In this document: positions 37,101-46,216 of the stretch, in pieces
Layout of the letters: each line of letters starts with the position of its first letter
Position numbering within the stretch: the first letter of the stretch is position 1
Virus record (IMG/VR): IMGVR_UViG_3300042923_000474
Coordinates: 1-64,000 of that record
DNA: 64,000 nt
Strand: one strand, 5' to 3'
Program-made: the position numbers and the translations under genes
The notes under the pieces: model-generated
Database searches by the model: none
Seen by the model: only the letters and a program-made list of their open reading frames with translations
Told to the model about the DNA's origin: nothing

Positions 37101-37879
37101 TGTCATTGAACATGGCATGTGGTTCCTTCGATCAGGTTACTCGCAACATCAGCACTGACCGCGAAAAGCGTATTCATGCGTTGAGCGAGCTGACCAAGCA
37201 CATCATGGACAACGTTGTTGATCCAGTGTTTGATGTGTTGAATGCCAAGGGCGATCACGAAGCGTTGGCTGAGAAGAACTACGACGGTGTAGTGTCTGCC
37301 ATTGCCAAGGCCATTGAGGACGCGACCAAAGAAGGCCTGCTGGACGAAATCCGCATGGATGAACACCAGAAGACCTTGGACGCCTTCAAGCGCCAAAGCA
37401 CTGAAGCTGAAGTGGACGATGCAATGAAGTCGTTCAACCCAAGCTGCATTCAGACAGCTGAGCGTGTGTACCTGGGTGAGGCGAAAGCGTATCACAACCT
37501 GACCCAAGAGCTAGACACCATGATGGTCGAGAACAAAGACTTCATGAATGTCGACTCCGGTGCACGCTTCAACGAACTGAAGGGCAACCGCGACATGGCC
37601 TCCAAACTCATCCGTCGTCTGGAAGAGTTCAAGCCAACCTTCAACATCATTGCCCGTGCTGTTCGGGCCCACGTCAACCTGAGCGATGTCATCTTTGAAG
37701 CCGCGGAGTTCACCTTGCGTGTTCACCGTAGCGTTCAGCGCGAGCTGATCAAGTCGGTTGAATTCCAGGCCATGAAAGCTGCTGAACTCAAAGCCCGTCT
37801 GGGTGGCGAATCGGCTACGCTGGATGAGCTGGAGAAAGCCATCGATGACCTGCGCAATGACTTTGGCAGTGGCAAGTAA
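34139..37879 (+). CDS. Large head/ejection protein with three repeated protease-site + hydrophobic-helix modules
   Basis: AGGAG SD before ATG 34139; SME, ALE and ATE sites each followed by a ~25-aa apolar helix. Confidence 0.75.
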   Translation: MKKYDLAALAQAPGKDLVEFIGQNDKVIAEVTTHVANLERLRGTSQAHALGYMEYMPDEVTMGDFDTHLSKKGHQMSMEALHTILLVAASAAVVAGIGFIAYKLFKAAQSKEPKSANYVEKAEQVQRMAEKLKEFRIKFAESAPATQEALKQRFLADSVKEAIVGMSDAELLNDTFVAYVRSEMHREQPSYLTAVARYRGEQSLFLNAALIYLDGVKESLEAFRREFLDVVAKAPDITDYQMVNLVNGLKWDRIDNGNHAGVQAVFAWAQAMGTPVTNRVEETLKVAHDTLVAPITTEQVREYNPDIVAATIPKGGYHKLWALLKGLKDTGKYIEGAKGGFTQGEKRSQQVADLYKAQIDRASQLADSVGIIEQMARAESDAIVRNMKISTNATKALLNAIEEVADKLEDKEQAKEIKNALDAITRATASGLSMKTEGLLDNGLMPISFGAVMALEGRNQWVEFLKSVAVVAAIGLAIYALQALVLSMLGLQSMAATFSGGVVYMQKNGKRITPGEAADIVAEAAKDKRLGNYGVFMLAKNQSLPFKLTERHLGSGFHDVSQGVVESLRGFAGKLHGKPKDQDVINASKEGSRLVKRTIEILKGRLKDMSFNVPNGDPHIPATTHQLRDAMEAFMDQWFNPEKADYGLIKRGIDTTWFGVLDAKAEQHVDQNAKILTDGITSFSKSIPDVKKEDLKEMGEEAQEAHANFTQELAYMAALGHVVTEVTKKAIRDGAMSMQAVRSQLKMRGEGIEGLDEADEDMDDFQPYEEPLDPLVDMAEAMGDLYVDEQSDVVMATENRKVMITRLLMTAGIVIILGAGAYMLLSMSQNRRKPNSFATDKMFKDIKRDLDASLKSEEFSARMKASTERFADDLQEDLKRFKARMDAARQPAGGKQTEKEVNGQRVDSGAAQSADVRPRIGETGSPVSGSNNASSVTPEGNVKSIYELENADLMQIAKDADKLVENISKFDYKGPLRERLIERVPGMLSLNMACGSFDQVTRNISTDREKRIHALSELTKHIMDNVVDPVFDVLNAKGDHEALAEKNYDGVVSAIAKAIEDATKEGLLDEIRMDEHQKTLDAFKRQSTEAEVDDAMKSFNPSCIQTAERVYLGEAKAYHNLTQELDTMMVENKDFMNVDSGARFNELKGNRDMASKLIRRLEEFKPTFNIIARAVRAHVNLSDVIFEAAEFTLRVHRSVQRELIKSVEFQAMKAAELKARLGGESATLDELEKAIDDLRNDFGSGK

Positions 37880-37891
37880 AGGAGAGCGTCT

Positions 37892-39238
37892 GTGAGCGAC
37901 TATTCCATGAAGATGGAAGAGCTGTTCGAGGACCTCACGGGAGAGGAGCCGACTCCTTTGGCCGAGCTGATGCAGCGCGAAGCCGAGGAGCAGCTCCCCA
38001 CCTATGGGGAAGACGAGGGCTCGGATCTGGATGATCAGATCCATGTGGCACAGGTTCGTGAGGATGAGTTGGTCAACATCATGGAGATGCTCCAGTCCAC
38101 TGGCGGTGTCTCCCGTGAAATGGCCAGCGGGTTCAAGGACGTCTTGCCGGAACACATGGCAATGGAATCCTTCACGTCCCAAGTGACCAAGACCAACCAC
38201 GTCATGTGTCTGGAGTTCGTGGGTACTGCGATTAAGTTGGCCGCTGCTGCTGGATTGGTAGCGGTCATCGGGGCCATTGGTTATGCGATCTATCGTATCA
38301 CCAAAACCCAAAAGCGCATGCCCAAGAACAAGTTGGATAAGGCTGTGTCTGCAGCGTTCTCCTCTGCCGAAGAGAAACTCAAGGTAGTGGTGGAAGGCCT
38401 CAAGCACGAGTACCCCAACATCGAGCACAAGGACCTCAACTGGAACAAGCAAGAGGCGTTGGTACAGGCGGCCATTCAAGCCCAGATTCAGGAGTTGGAC
38501 CTGCGCATGATGTCAGGCACCTACTCCTCTCTGATCGAGAAGGCTGCCCCCGATGCCTTGACTCAGGCCAACGAGGTCAAGACGTTCTTCGAAACCAGTA
38601 TCTTCAAAGAACTGGAGAAGATGACTCGTGGCGGTACCGGGAAAGATCTGGAAGCTGTGACCCAGAAGATCCAAGAGTTCAAGTTCGAGGACCGTGTGTC
38701 CAAACACTTGGATCGTTTCGGTCATGACATGCAGGTTAACTTCGAGCGTCCCGATCAGGTCTGTGAGAAGTTCCGTGCCAAGTACCAACGTGGTGTCAGT
38801 GCCGAGGAAGTTGCCAGTCAGCTGAAGAATGCCAAAGCTGGTGTGGCCAACATTCCAGAGCAATCGGCTACCACGATGTACAAAGCGCAGGATGTCATGA
38901 CGAGCCTGCTGTCTCGCATCAAAGCCTACGAAAAGAAGATGGACAAGACGAAAGAGCTTCCAGCTGATTACGTGGCCCAGATGAAAGGCGTGTTGCAAAA
39001 GTGCAAGGAGCCGATCAGTTCCCTAGGTGACATCTTCGCCATCTTGGAAATTGAGATCTCCTCGCAAACCCGCTGTGCCAAGATCAAAGGCATGGCAGTG
39101 GCCGATGGTTACAAGTCGGTCGCCAATCATTACAAAGAGAAAACCCTTACGGACAAGGAACACCGTAACGAGTACCGTGCTTGCGTCAAAGTGCTGGACA
39201 AGGCTTTTGACGACATTCGCGCTTCTCTGAAGTTGTGA
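37892..39238 (+). CDS. Probable head/ejection protein, paralog of 32746-34083
   Basis: AAGGAG SD with GTG start; acidic propeptide, then VMCLE|FVGTAIKLAAAAGLVAVIGAIGYAIY. Confidence 0.7.
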   Translation: MSDYSMKMEELFEDLTGEEPTPLAELMQREAEEQLPTYGEDEGSDLDDQIHVAQVREDELVNIMEMLQSTGGVSREMASGFKDVLPEHMAMESFTSQVTKTNHVMCLEFVGTAIKLAAAAGLVAVIGAIGYAIYRITKTQKRMPKNKLDKAVSAAFSSAEEKLKVVVEGLKHEYPNIEHKDLNWNKQEALVQAAIQAQIQELDLRMMSGTYSSLIEKAAPDALTQANEVKTFFETSIFKELEKMTRGGTGKDLEAVTQKIQEFKFEDRVSKHLDRFGHDMQVNFERPDQVCEKFRAKYQRGVSAEEVASQLKNAKAGVANIPEQSATTMYKAQDVMTSLLSRIKAYEKKMDKTKELPADYVAQMKGVLQKCKEPISSLGDIFAILEIEISSQTRCAKIKGMAVADGYKSVANHYKEKTLTDKEHRNEYRACVKVLDKAFDDIRASLKL

Positions 39239-39277
39239 CATACGCCCCCGGCCCGTTGCGGGCCGGGGGCTATGCCG
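39239..39277. terminator. Bidirectional terminator
   Basis: CATAC + GCCCCCGGCCCG-TTG-CGGGCCGGGGGC + TATGCCG. Confidence 0.85.
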
Positions 39278-42211
39278 TTACTCCATGCCTCGACCAGGCA
39301 GGTGTCTTACAAACGAGAAGTCCACGTCTTCCTCAACGGTGTAAGTACCGTCCGGCAGCGCAGTCAGCTTCTTGGCAATAGACATGCGTCCACTGTCGTC
39401 AGCCATCGTTACCAACGGATAGTTCTTGTCACCGCCCAGCCCTTGAATGCGGATCGCAATGATACTGCCGCCAGAGTTTTCCTTAGCCGCGTTACCAATG
39501 TCTTGCACCACAGTCGTAGCCAGGTTGAGACCTTCTGCCAGATAGCCAATGATAGCCACTCGCAGTTTCTCTTTGAGTTCCTCGTTCTTCCAATCGTTCT
39601 CGTTCATGTACACCGTCACCTTGAACGCCTGTTCGGCTTGCAGGGTAACCGATGCACCACCTTCCACAATCGCCTTGAGCATGCCAGTGGTGGCCATTGG
39701 CTTGAGGTAGAGTGTGGTCTTTTCCAACGCGCGCTTGTTGGTCTCCGTCATGTCAGAGCCGGCCCATTGCAACAGCTTATCGCAGATGGTGGTCATGTAG
39801 TTGATGGTGGACTGATCATTGGCGAAGTAGTAGCGCCCGTCGAACAGAGTCAAGTCAATCTGGCGAGCCAGCTGACGCCCTGTCTTCAGAACCTTATCAC
39901 CGTTGACATCACGGACGAAGTCACCTGCGTACTTGTCGTACTTAGGCGTGCCGTCTGGCATCAGAACAGGATCACCTGCCTTGTTGACAATCTCCGTCAC
40001 CAGTTTCCCATCCACCAACTCAATCTTGAGACTGCCGTCTGGATTGGTGGCCAACTCGTTCTCTTTGTAGAACGCCGGCACGTTGTAATCGTAGACCTCG
40101 TAGTCGGCTTCGGTGGTGACCGTACGGCTACCCGACCACAGATACTTCAACGGACTGCCCAACTTGACCCGCACACGTTCCTGCAAGATACCAATGGCAT
40201 CGTACGGCAACATGTTGCGGTTCTTGTCTTGATCGATCGTGGTTTCTTTCATGTCCAAGACTTTGTAGTCCGAGACGGTGTAGATGAGATTGAACTCCAC
40301 GGTCAAATCAATCTGATGCGGCAGAGGACCATCCCCGAACATGGAGAAGTTCTTGAGCGTCAGCGTATCGGCAGCATCAATGGCGTAGGTCGTTTCCAGC
40401 AGGAAGCCGTACACACGGTCCTTACCATCTTTGGCGATCAGCGTACCGTTGAGGTAAGCCATGCTGCTCTCACCTGGTGGCGTGTAAGCCAACTGCACCT
40501 GAACCTGAGTGTCATCCAGATCCTGATACAGTTCACCGCTCTGAGTCAGCACGTAGATCTGGTAACCCGCTTCCACACGCTCCACAATGATCGTCTTGGC
40601 CGTCTTCAGGTCAAGTTGCAGCGTAGGGTTCTCCAGCGTGTAACGACGCGAGAGGATCTCTGGGGCGTCCAGGTAGTAGCAGCGCACAGCAAAGCTTTCG
40701 TTAGCCGCATCCAGCACCCAATGGAAAGGGCTGAAACGGTAACCCGCTGAACTGATCTGTCTGGCCATGGCTTCTGGCTTGAGCTGACGCAGGTCATCGA
40801 TCTCACCTTGACGCACAAACGAGATAGCACCGTCTTGATGTTTGAACAACACCGAGGGATGCAGCGTCACAGAGTCACCGTTGTGGGTAACACCTGGAAT
40901 GCCATTAAGCTCTGCCATGCGCACCACGATGTTTTCTACGGCTGCCGAGATCGGAGTGACCGTATACTTGTCAAGTGGCGTAGCGAGCGCTCGGGTGGCG
41001 TTCAGGGTACGTTTTGTGATAGCGTCGACGTCCTTGACCGAGTTGTACTCAGAATCGCTCAGCACTTGGGCCAAGTTAACCTGGGTGATCGGCAGGTTGA
41101 TCGCACCGGTGTTGTGTTGCATCACACGGTCACGCAACTGTTCCAGCGTCAGCGCTTTACTGCCACCCGACGTGTAGCCATCGCAGTAAACCGAATACGT
41201 GGACACCTTCGCCCAGTTCGCGGTGTACTTGCCATTGTCCTCGTTGTCAAGGTCAATCCATTCCTCGGACCACTCGTTAGGCGTGTAGCCATCCCAACGG
41301 GTATCGTTCTCGGCACGGGTGGTATAAACGTCAAGCCGCAGTTCACCTGTGATCAAGCCGCTGGTCTGATAGACCAATGGGATACGGGCTTCCATCACGC
41401 CACTGTAAACCTTGACCAACACCGTCGGGACGTACGGGTCGAAGGTCTGATCCGTGTAACTCACACGAATCTCTTTCCAACCGAGCGTACCATCGTCATT
41501 ACGGACACGGCTGTAGGCACGGGTGTAGTGATAAAGGTTGCGGAACGTCATGCGAGTGTTCCACACCACCGCTTGGTTCAGCTGGTAGACCTCACTCATG
41601 ATCTCCATCTGACTGACGCTGGCTTTAACCATCAGCATCGGTGTACCGTCAGTGCTGGTATCCTGCACGGTTTCCAACAGGTTACCGTTGGACTCATGTA
41701 GCACGCCATTGACAGGGACGCCATAAACAACGCTCGGTTCACCCACTGGTGGGATACGGAACTCGATTGGGTATTCCAATGTGAAAGGAACACCGGCACA
41801 GGTGAACACCGAGTTCTTCGGCATCACCAACTTACGCATCCCACCGGGTGTTACTTCCACCGCGTAACGCAGAATCTCGTCACGGCTAACCAGAATGGTG
41901 AAAGGTGCGCTAGGCGGCTTGGAGAAGATGTTCAGGAAATCCCGGTCGGTCATGTGCAGATAAAGGTCTTCTGCAGTCAGGGCCAACCCAGGGAAACGCT
42001 TACGGTGCAGGACGTCAATGGCATTGAGCACATGAGCACCAGACGCCGCAGCCATTTCCCACAGCAACATAAAAGGAGTGGAGGGGTCAACCAAGCGGTA
42101 GTTACCCGCTAGGTTATCGTCCACCGCATCCAGAACACTGAGCGCTTTACCGGCAGGATCAAAGCGCGCGTCGTCCATGGCCTTCATCAGATCTTCGCTG
42201 GTCATGGTCAT
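39278..42211 (-). CDS. Large virion structural protein, probable baseplate wedge (phiKZ gp87-like)
   Basis: 977 aa, beta-rich; GGSKALTLEQLRDRV resembles a baseplate-J/gp6 segment; synteny. Confidence 0.6.
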   Translation of the reverse strand: MTMTSEDLMKAMDDARFDPAGKALSVLDAVDDNLAGNYRLVDPSTPFMLLWEMAAASGAHVLNAIDVLHRKRFPGLALTAEDLYLHMTDRDFLNIFSKPPSAPFTILVSRDEILRYAVEVTPGGMRKLVMPKNSVFTCAGVPFTLEYPIEFRIPPVGEPSVVYGVPVNGVLHESNGNLLETVQDTSTDGTPMLMVKASVSQMEIMSEVYQLNQAVVWNTRMTFRNLYHYTRAYSRVRNDDGTLGWKEIRVSYTDQTFDPYVPTVLVKVYSGVMEARIPLVYQTSGLITGELRLDVYTTRAENDTRWDGYTPNEWSEEWIDLDNEDNGKYTANWAKVSTYSVYCDGYTSGGSKALTLEQLRDRVMQHNTGAINLPITQVNLAQVLSDSEYNSVKDVDAITKRTLNATRALATPLDKYTVTPISAAVENIVVRMAELNGIPGVTHNGDSVTLHPSVLFKHQDGAISFVRQGEIDDLRQLKPEAMARQISSAGYRFSPFHWVLDAANESFAVRCYYLDAPEILSRRYTLENPTLQLDLKTAKTIIVERVEAGYQIYVLTQSGELYQDLDDTQVQVQLAYTPPGESSMAYLNGTLIAKDGKDRVYGFLLETTYAIDAADTLTLKNFSMFGDGPLPHQIDLTVEFNLIYTVSDYKVLDMKETTIDQDKNRNMLPYDAIGILQERVRVKLGSPLKYLWSGSRTVTTEADYEVYDYNVPAFYKENELATNPDGSLKIELVDGKLVTEIVNKAGDPVLMPDGTPKYDKYAGDFVRDVNGDKVLKTGRQLARQIDLTLFDGRYYFANDQSTINYMTTICDKLLQWAGSDMTETNKRALEKTTLYLKPMATTGMLKAIVEGGASVTLQAEQAFKVTVYMNENDWKNEELKEKLRVAIIGYLAEGLNLATTVVQDIGNAAKENSGGSIIAIRIQGLGGDKNYPLVTMADDSGRMSIAKKLTALPDGTYTVEEDVDFSFVRHLPGRGME

Positions 42212-43359
42212 ACGACAGCACCTGTTGTGTTAGGGGTGAGAGACTGAACGATCGCTTGGGCAGATTGGCTATCGAGCTTGCCACCGTAACCAATGGGCAT
42301 CAATGCACCTTTAGGTACACGAGTGTTCCACGCCACTTGTCGATCATTCATCCGTGCAGCATACACTTCCTTAGAAACCCAGCGTTCCAAGATTTGTTCC
42401 TCTGGGTCAATCCAGAAAAACGTGTCGTAAGTAAAGAGGTGGAAGGTGTCTTCATTCAACTGAACCATCGCCGTGTTCCGAAGAGCTGGGTGCATGTTCG
42501 GGTTAAAGTATGCGACGATGTTATTGAACTCTGTGAAGACGATCGGGTCGAAGGTATCGCACCCGTGACACTTCCAGTTCACGCCCACCTGTTGACCGTC
42601 CGTGTTGAACGGGTTGTCGATGGACATGTTGGCACCTGTAGCAGAAGGCGCAACGTACGGATAAGCAATTGTGGACCACCAGCTCGTAATACGCTTTTTG
42701 TTTGCGTCCAGAGCGAAGCGGTAGATCCGCGTGTGATAGTCGATACGGTGCTGCATGATCGAGTCCGGCAACGGTACCAAATCGCCCTCGTAAATGAGGG
42801 AGCCGTAGCACACCCACGCGAAAAGCAACATTACTATGACGTTACCCGACCCGTTACGCAGTGTCGTATTCAGATCCCACACCCTGAAGTTCTTGATCGT
42901 ATCGTCGATCATGCTCCAGGACTCATGGTGGTTACCCTCAACAGAGGAGAACGTACCCGGTGAGATCTCTGGCCAACCGGACTGAGACATCAGACCGTTG
43001 GACAGCCAAGGAATGAACGCTTGCTCATGGTTTGTCAGGGGGGAGCCTCTGCCGTTACGCCAAACGCCGACTGGGTCCAACATGGCCCGGACAGCACGAG
43101 GCAGGCTTATCCCGTCATTGCCCCCGATCATGCTAAAGAATGGTCGGAAGGCACGTAGGTTGCCGTCGGTAAAGTTCAGCCGCGGTCTGGTGAAGAAAGT
43201 CAGGCCAAACTGTTCCCGCACAGGCGGCATCGAGGGATGTGTCCCAAGGCTGTTGATGCCCCGCAATTGCTCGTAAATCGATGATACGGAACTACCCTTA
43301 CCACCGATTCGCGAGATGTAGTCAAAAATCTTTTCGTATTGTTCGCTGCTTAAACTCAT
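42208..43359 (-). CDS. Virion structural protein, probable baseplate/tube-initiator (phiKZ gp88-like)
   Basis: GGAGGG SD before ATG 43359 (MSLSSEQ...); coupled to 39278-42211; synteny. Confidence 0.55.
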   Translation of the reverse strand: MSLSSEQYEKIFDYISRIGGKGSSVSSIYEQLRGINSLGTHPSMPPVREQFGLTFFTRPRLNFTDGNLRAFRPFFSMIGGNDGISLPRAVRAMLDPVGVWRNGRGSPLTNHEQAFIPWLSNGLMSQSGWPEISPGTFSSVEGNHHESWSMIDDTIKNFRVWDLNTTLRNGSGNVIVMLLFAWVCYGSLIYEGDLVPLPDSIMQHRIDYHTRIYRFALDANKKRITSWWSTIAYPYVAPSATGANMSIDNPFNTDGQQVGVNWKCHGCDTFDPIVFTEFNNIVAYFNPNMHPALRNTAMVQLNEDTFHLFTYDTFFWIDPEEQILERWVSKEVYAARMNDRQVAWNTRVPKGALMPIGYGGKLDSQSAQAIVQSLTPNTTGAVV

Positions 43360-43391
43360 ATTCCCTCCAGACCGGTCAGGAGCACCCCCCA

Positions 43392-44690
43392 ATGAACATC
43401 AACATTCTGCCAGACCTCAGCCTGGCAGCAGCCCCGTTCACCACGGTTCTAGGCAATGCACTCAAGGTGGCTGCGACCACTAATAGCGACAGCATCATAC
43501 AGTATTCCGCTCCAGCCCGTGTGGAGCCGATCTGTCTGGTGGATGCTGCCTTGGCCCAGTATGAACATCTGTACCCAATCCTGCAGACGACCAACAGCAT
43601 CTTTGCTGCGTACTACATGCAGGCCGCTGCCTCGATGATCAACGTGTCGGCCATGCGTCTGCTCCGCGACATCGACCCGCTCAAGCCTGACCGCAACATG
43701 AACGCGGCTATCTTTGACTTCGTTGAACGTTCGGGCCAACAGGTCTACGGCGACAACAAGTCTCTGCCGTCGCGTGTCGAAGGCAAGGTACTGGAGATCG
43801 TGACTGAATCGATGTCCCTGCCTCGCCCTGGCGCTGCAGAGCCTCACATGACCTTCATGATCACTGAAGCTGCCGATGGCAAGCCTGTGTTCAAGGTAGC
43901 GTCCCCTGAAGAGGTCAAGCGCTACAAGGAAGCCTCCGCCAAGGCTGCCACCGATCTGGCCAAGAAGGAATACGAGAAGAATCTCGCTGACCTCAAGTCT
44001 GCCGGTAACATGGCCAAGTCCAGCGGCGTAGGCATGAGCAATGCCGTGATGGATACTCCGAACCTTGCAGTGGGCAAGATCTTCGAAGTCTCTGCTGACT
44101 ACGGTCAAGGCGTTGTGACCATTCAGGTTATCGTCGCCCTGAAGACCATGATCACCAGCTCGCAGAACCTGCAAGACATCTATGCCACCGGTGGTGAGCT
44201 GCGTAGCGCCAGTGAGCGCTGGCACGGCTGGCGTTCGGGCCAACTCCGTTTTGTCGAAGACATCATGTTCTGCTCCGACATCATCGAGAACCATCGCCGC
44301 ACTGCAATCCGCGACAACACTGGCGTCTACCTGCTCAACCGTGAGCGCGACACCAAGAACCGCGTGACTGCACTGCTGACTGGCAAGGCGTCTATCGGCA
44401 CTGCCTCGGGCATCGCCGTGTTCGACTCCGTCACTGCCAAGCGTCTGGAAGCTGCCGTGGGTGGCAAGCTCTCCGACTTCAACACCCGCGAGAAGATCTT
44501 CAAGCGTACCTACGCGATGAACATTATCGTGGTTGACCGCGAGTGGGAAGACGTCACTGTCTACAACCGCGGTATCCCGAAAGCGGTTGAAATGCCGATC
44601 GCCGAATACACCCGCTCCAAGAGCAAGGGTGGCTCCGACGTGGCTGACATCGTCAAACTGTTCCTGTCTGGCTCTGCCCCTACTCTCTGA
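43392..44690 (+). CDS. Head/inner-body protein (phiKZ gp89-like)
   Basis: AGGAG SD before ATG 43392 (MNINILPD...); synteny; strong codon bias. Confidence 0.65.
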   Translation: MNINILPDLSLAAAPFTTVLGNALKVAATTNSDSIIQYSAPARVEPICLVDAALAQYEHLYPILQTTNSIFAAYYMQAAASMINVSAMRLLRDIDPLKPDRNMNAAIFDFVERSGQQVYGDNKSLPSRVEGKVLEIVTESMSLPRPGAAEPHMTFMITEAADGKPVFKVASPEEVKRYKEASAKAATDLAKKEYEKNLADLKSAGNMAKSSGVGMSNAVMDTPNLAVGKIFEVSADYGQGVVTIQVIVALKTMITSSQNLQDIYATGGELRSASERWHGWRSGQLRFVEDIMFCSDIIENHRRTAIRDNTGVYLLNRERDTKNRVTALLTGKASIGTASGIAVFDSVTAKRLEAAVGGKLSDFNTREKIFKRTYAMNIIVVDREWEDVTVYNRGIPKAVEMPIAEYTRSKSKGGSDVADIVKLFLSGSAPTL

Positions 44691-44720
44691 GTAGGGCAAC
44701 CCCTTTAAAGGATTGTATCC

Positions 44721-45629
44721 ATGAAGATCACCGCATTCGTCGACAAGATCGTCGACGGTTTCAGTCGCAATGCTACGGTCAACGTACACGCGGCAGTTGT
44801 AAAAGAGATGAACGATACCACGATCCCGGTGTTGGAAACTTTCATCGAGTACGTGGAAAGCGATTCCCGTGCCAAGAAAGTCATCTCGGGTTTTGGCAAA
44901 GACTTCGTGACCCGCCTCGGTCGCGGTGGTAAGGGTGAGTTCTACGATCGCATCCTCGCTGCCATGAACGCCAACGTGGCACAAGCCGGTGACGTGGAAG
45001 ACCTGATCGCTAAGCTGATCCCGAAAGACGCGGACGCTCAGTCGCTTGATGGTCGTGCTGCCAACCTCGTGCAGTATGTCGAGATCATGGGCTTCACCAA
45101 CCGCTACCTGCGCCACCTGTTGCTGTCCTTCACCCAGGACATCACCAAGGCTATCAAAGGGCCCGACTTCAAACAAGGCCTGACCGACAGCCAACTCAAA
45201 GGCCTGCAGGCCAACATGAGTGCATTCGCTACCGCGATCTCCGTGTTGGAAACTGCTGCGTCTGGTGTGGACCGTGCGATCAAGAACATCCCTGAGTTCA
45301 ACGTCGCCCTGACCGACATCGACGCCATGACGGCTGCGAACGGTGCTGCGAAGATGGACCCATTGGGCACCAGCGGTTTCTTCTCTGCCGACTGGAACCC
45401 GATCCTGGCTGTTCGCATGTTGTACGAAGATCGCATCATCGCGAACTACCAAGGCGCCAAGGAAGACCGTCAGGCTCTGGAATATCGCATCCAGGCTTTG
45501 AAGGACTCCAAAGATGGCACCACCAACCCACGGTTGGAAGAAACCATCAACTACCACACCGGTCGCCTCAAAGAGGTGAACAAGAAGATCGAGAAGTACG
45601 AAGCCTCGGTCAAGGAGCCCTCCAAATGA
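44721..45629 (+). CDS. Head/inner-body protein (phiKZ gp90-like)
   Basis: AAGGA SD; very strong codon bias; synteny. Confidence 0.65.
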   Translation: MKITAFVDKIVDGFSRNATVNVHAAVVKEMNDTTIPVLETFIEYVESDSRAKKVISGFGKDFVTRLGRGGKGEFYDRILAAMNANVAQAGDVEDLIAKLIPKDADAQSLDGRAANLVQYVEIMGFTNRYLRHLLLSFTQDITKAIKGPDFKQGLTDSQLKGLQANMSAFATAISVLETAASGVDRAIKNIPEFNVALTDIDAMTAANGAAKMDPLGTSGFFSADWNPILAVRMLYEDRIIANYQGAKEDRQALEYRIQALKDSKDGTTNPRLEETINYHTGRLKEVNKKIEKYEASVKEPSK

Positions 45630-46180
45630 ATGACCGCGGGTTCGACGTCTACAGCAGCGGGTTTGCACGCCTGAACCCGCTCCAGGCCGGTACGGGCTAC
45701 AAAGAGCCTGATACTATGGCAGTTACTCACTATGATGGTATGGTTAAAGGCCAGCTTGCCGTCGTGGATGCAAAACACTTCGACAGCGTCATGCGTAATG
45801 CTTTGGCATTGCTCGGCACGGGGCCTGACTGGATTCAAATCCAGACCATGAATCCCAACCTCTCCCGCTACCAAGTAGACTTTATGGTTGACACTGTCAA
45901 TTATATAGCCACTGGGAAACGCCGCTATTATCTAGCGACGTGGCGTGAGTTGCACGCTGATGCGAACAACAACGGTTCGGTAAAGCCTATTGTTATGGGT
46001 GGCCGTATCGTGAACCCCGAAATCAAAGTGCCCCCTGAGCTACTCAAGGGACACCCCACGGAAATCATATCCCGCTGGATCTCCCGAGAGGGCGGTGTAG
46101 TGGATTTGATAGAGTCGCTGCACTTGATGTTCGGTGGAGACATCGAAGTCGGTGAGATCGGCTCGCTAGTAGCTAGCTAG
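45626..46180 (+). CDS. Hypothetical, probable virion protein
   Basis: ATGA coupling; AAGGAG SD. Confidence 0.7.
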   Translation: MNDRGFDVYSSGFARLNPLQAGTGYKEPDTMAVTHYDGMVKGQLAVVDAKHFDSVMRNALALLGTGPDWIQIQTMNPNLSRYQVDFMVDTVNYIATGKRRYYLATWRELHADANNNGSVKPIVMGGRIVNPEIKVPPELLKGHPTEIISRWISREGGVVDLIESLHLMFGGDIEVGEIGSLVAS

Positions 46181-46216
46181 CGCTAACGCAATCAACAACT
46201 CTGGAGTTACAACCTC

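Noticed and set aside
46165-46182. (TAGC)n micro-repeat at a stop codon
   Set aside because: Too short to distinguish from chance; no recurrence seen.
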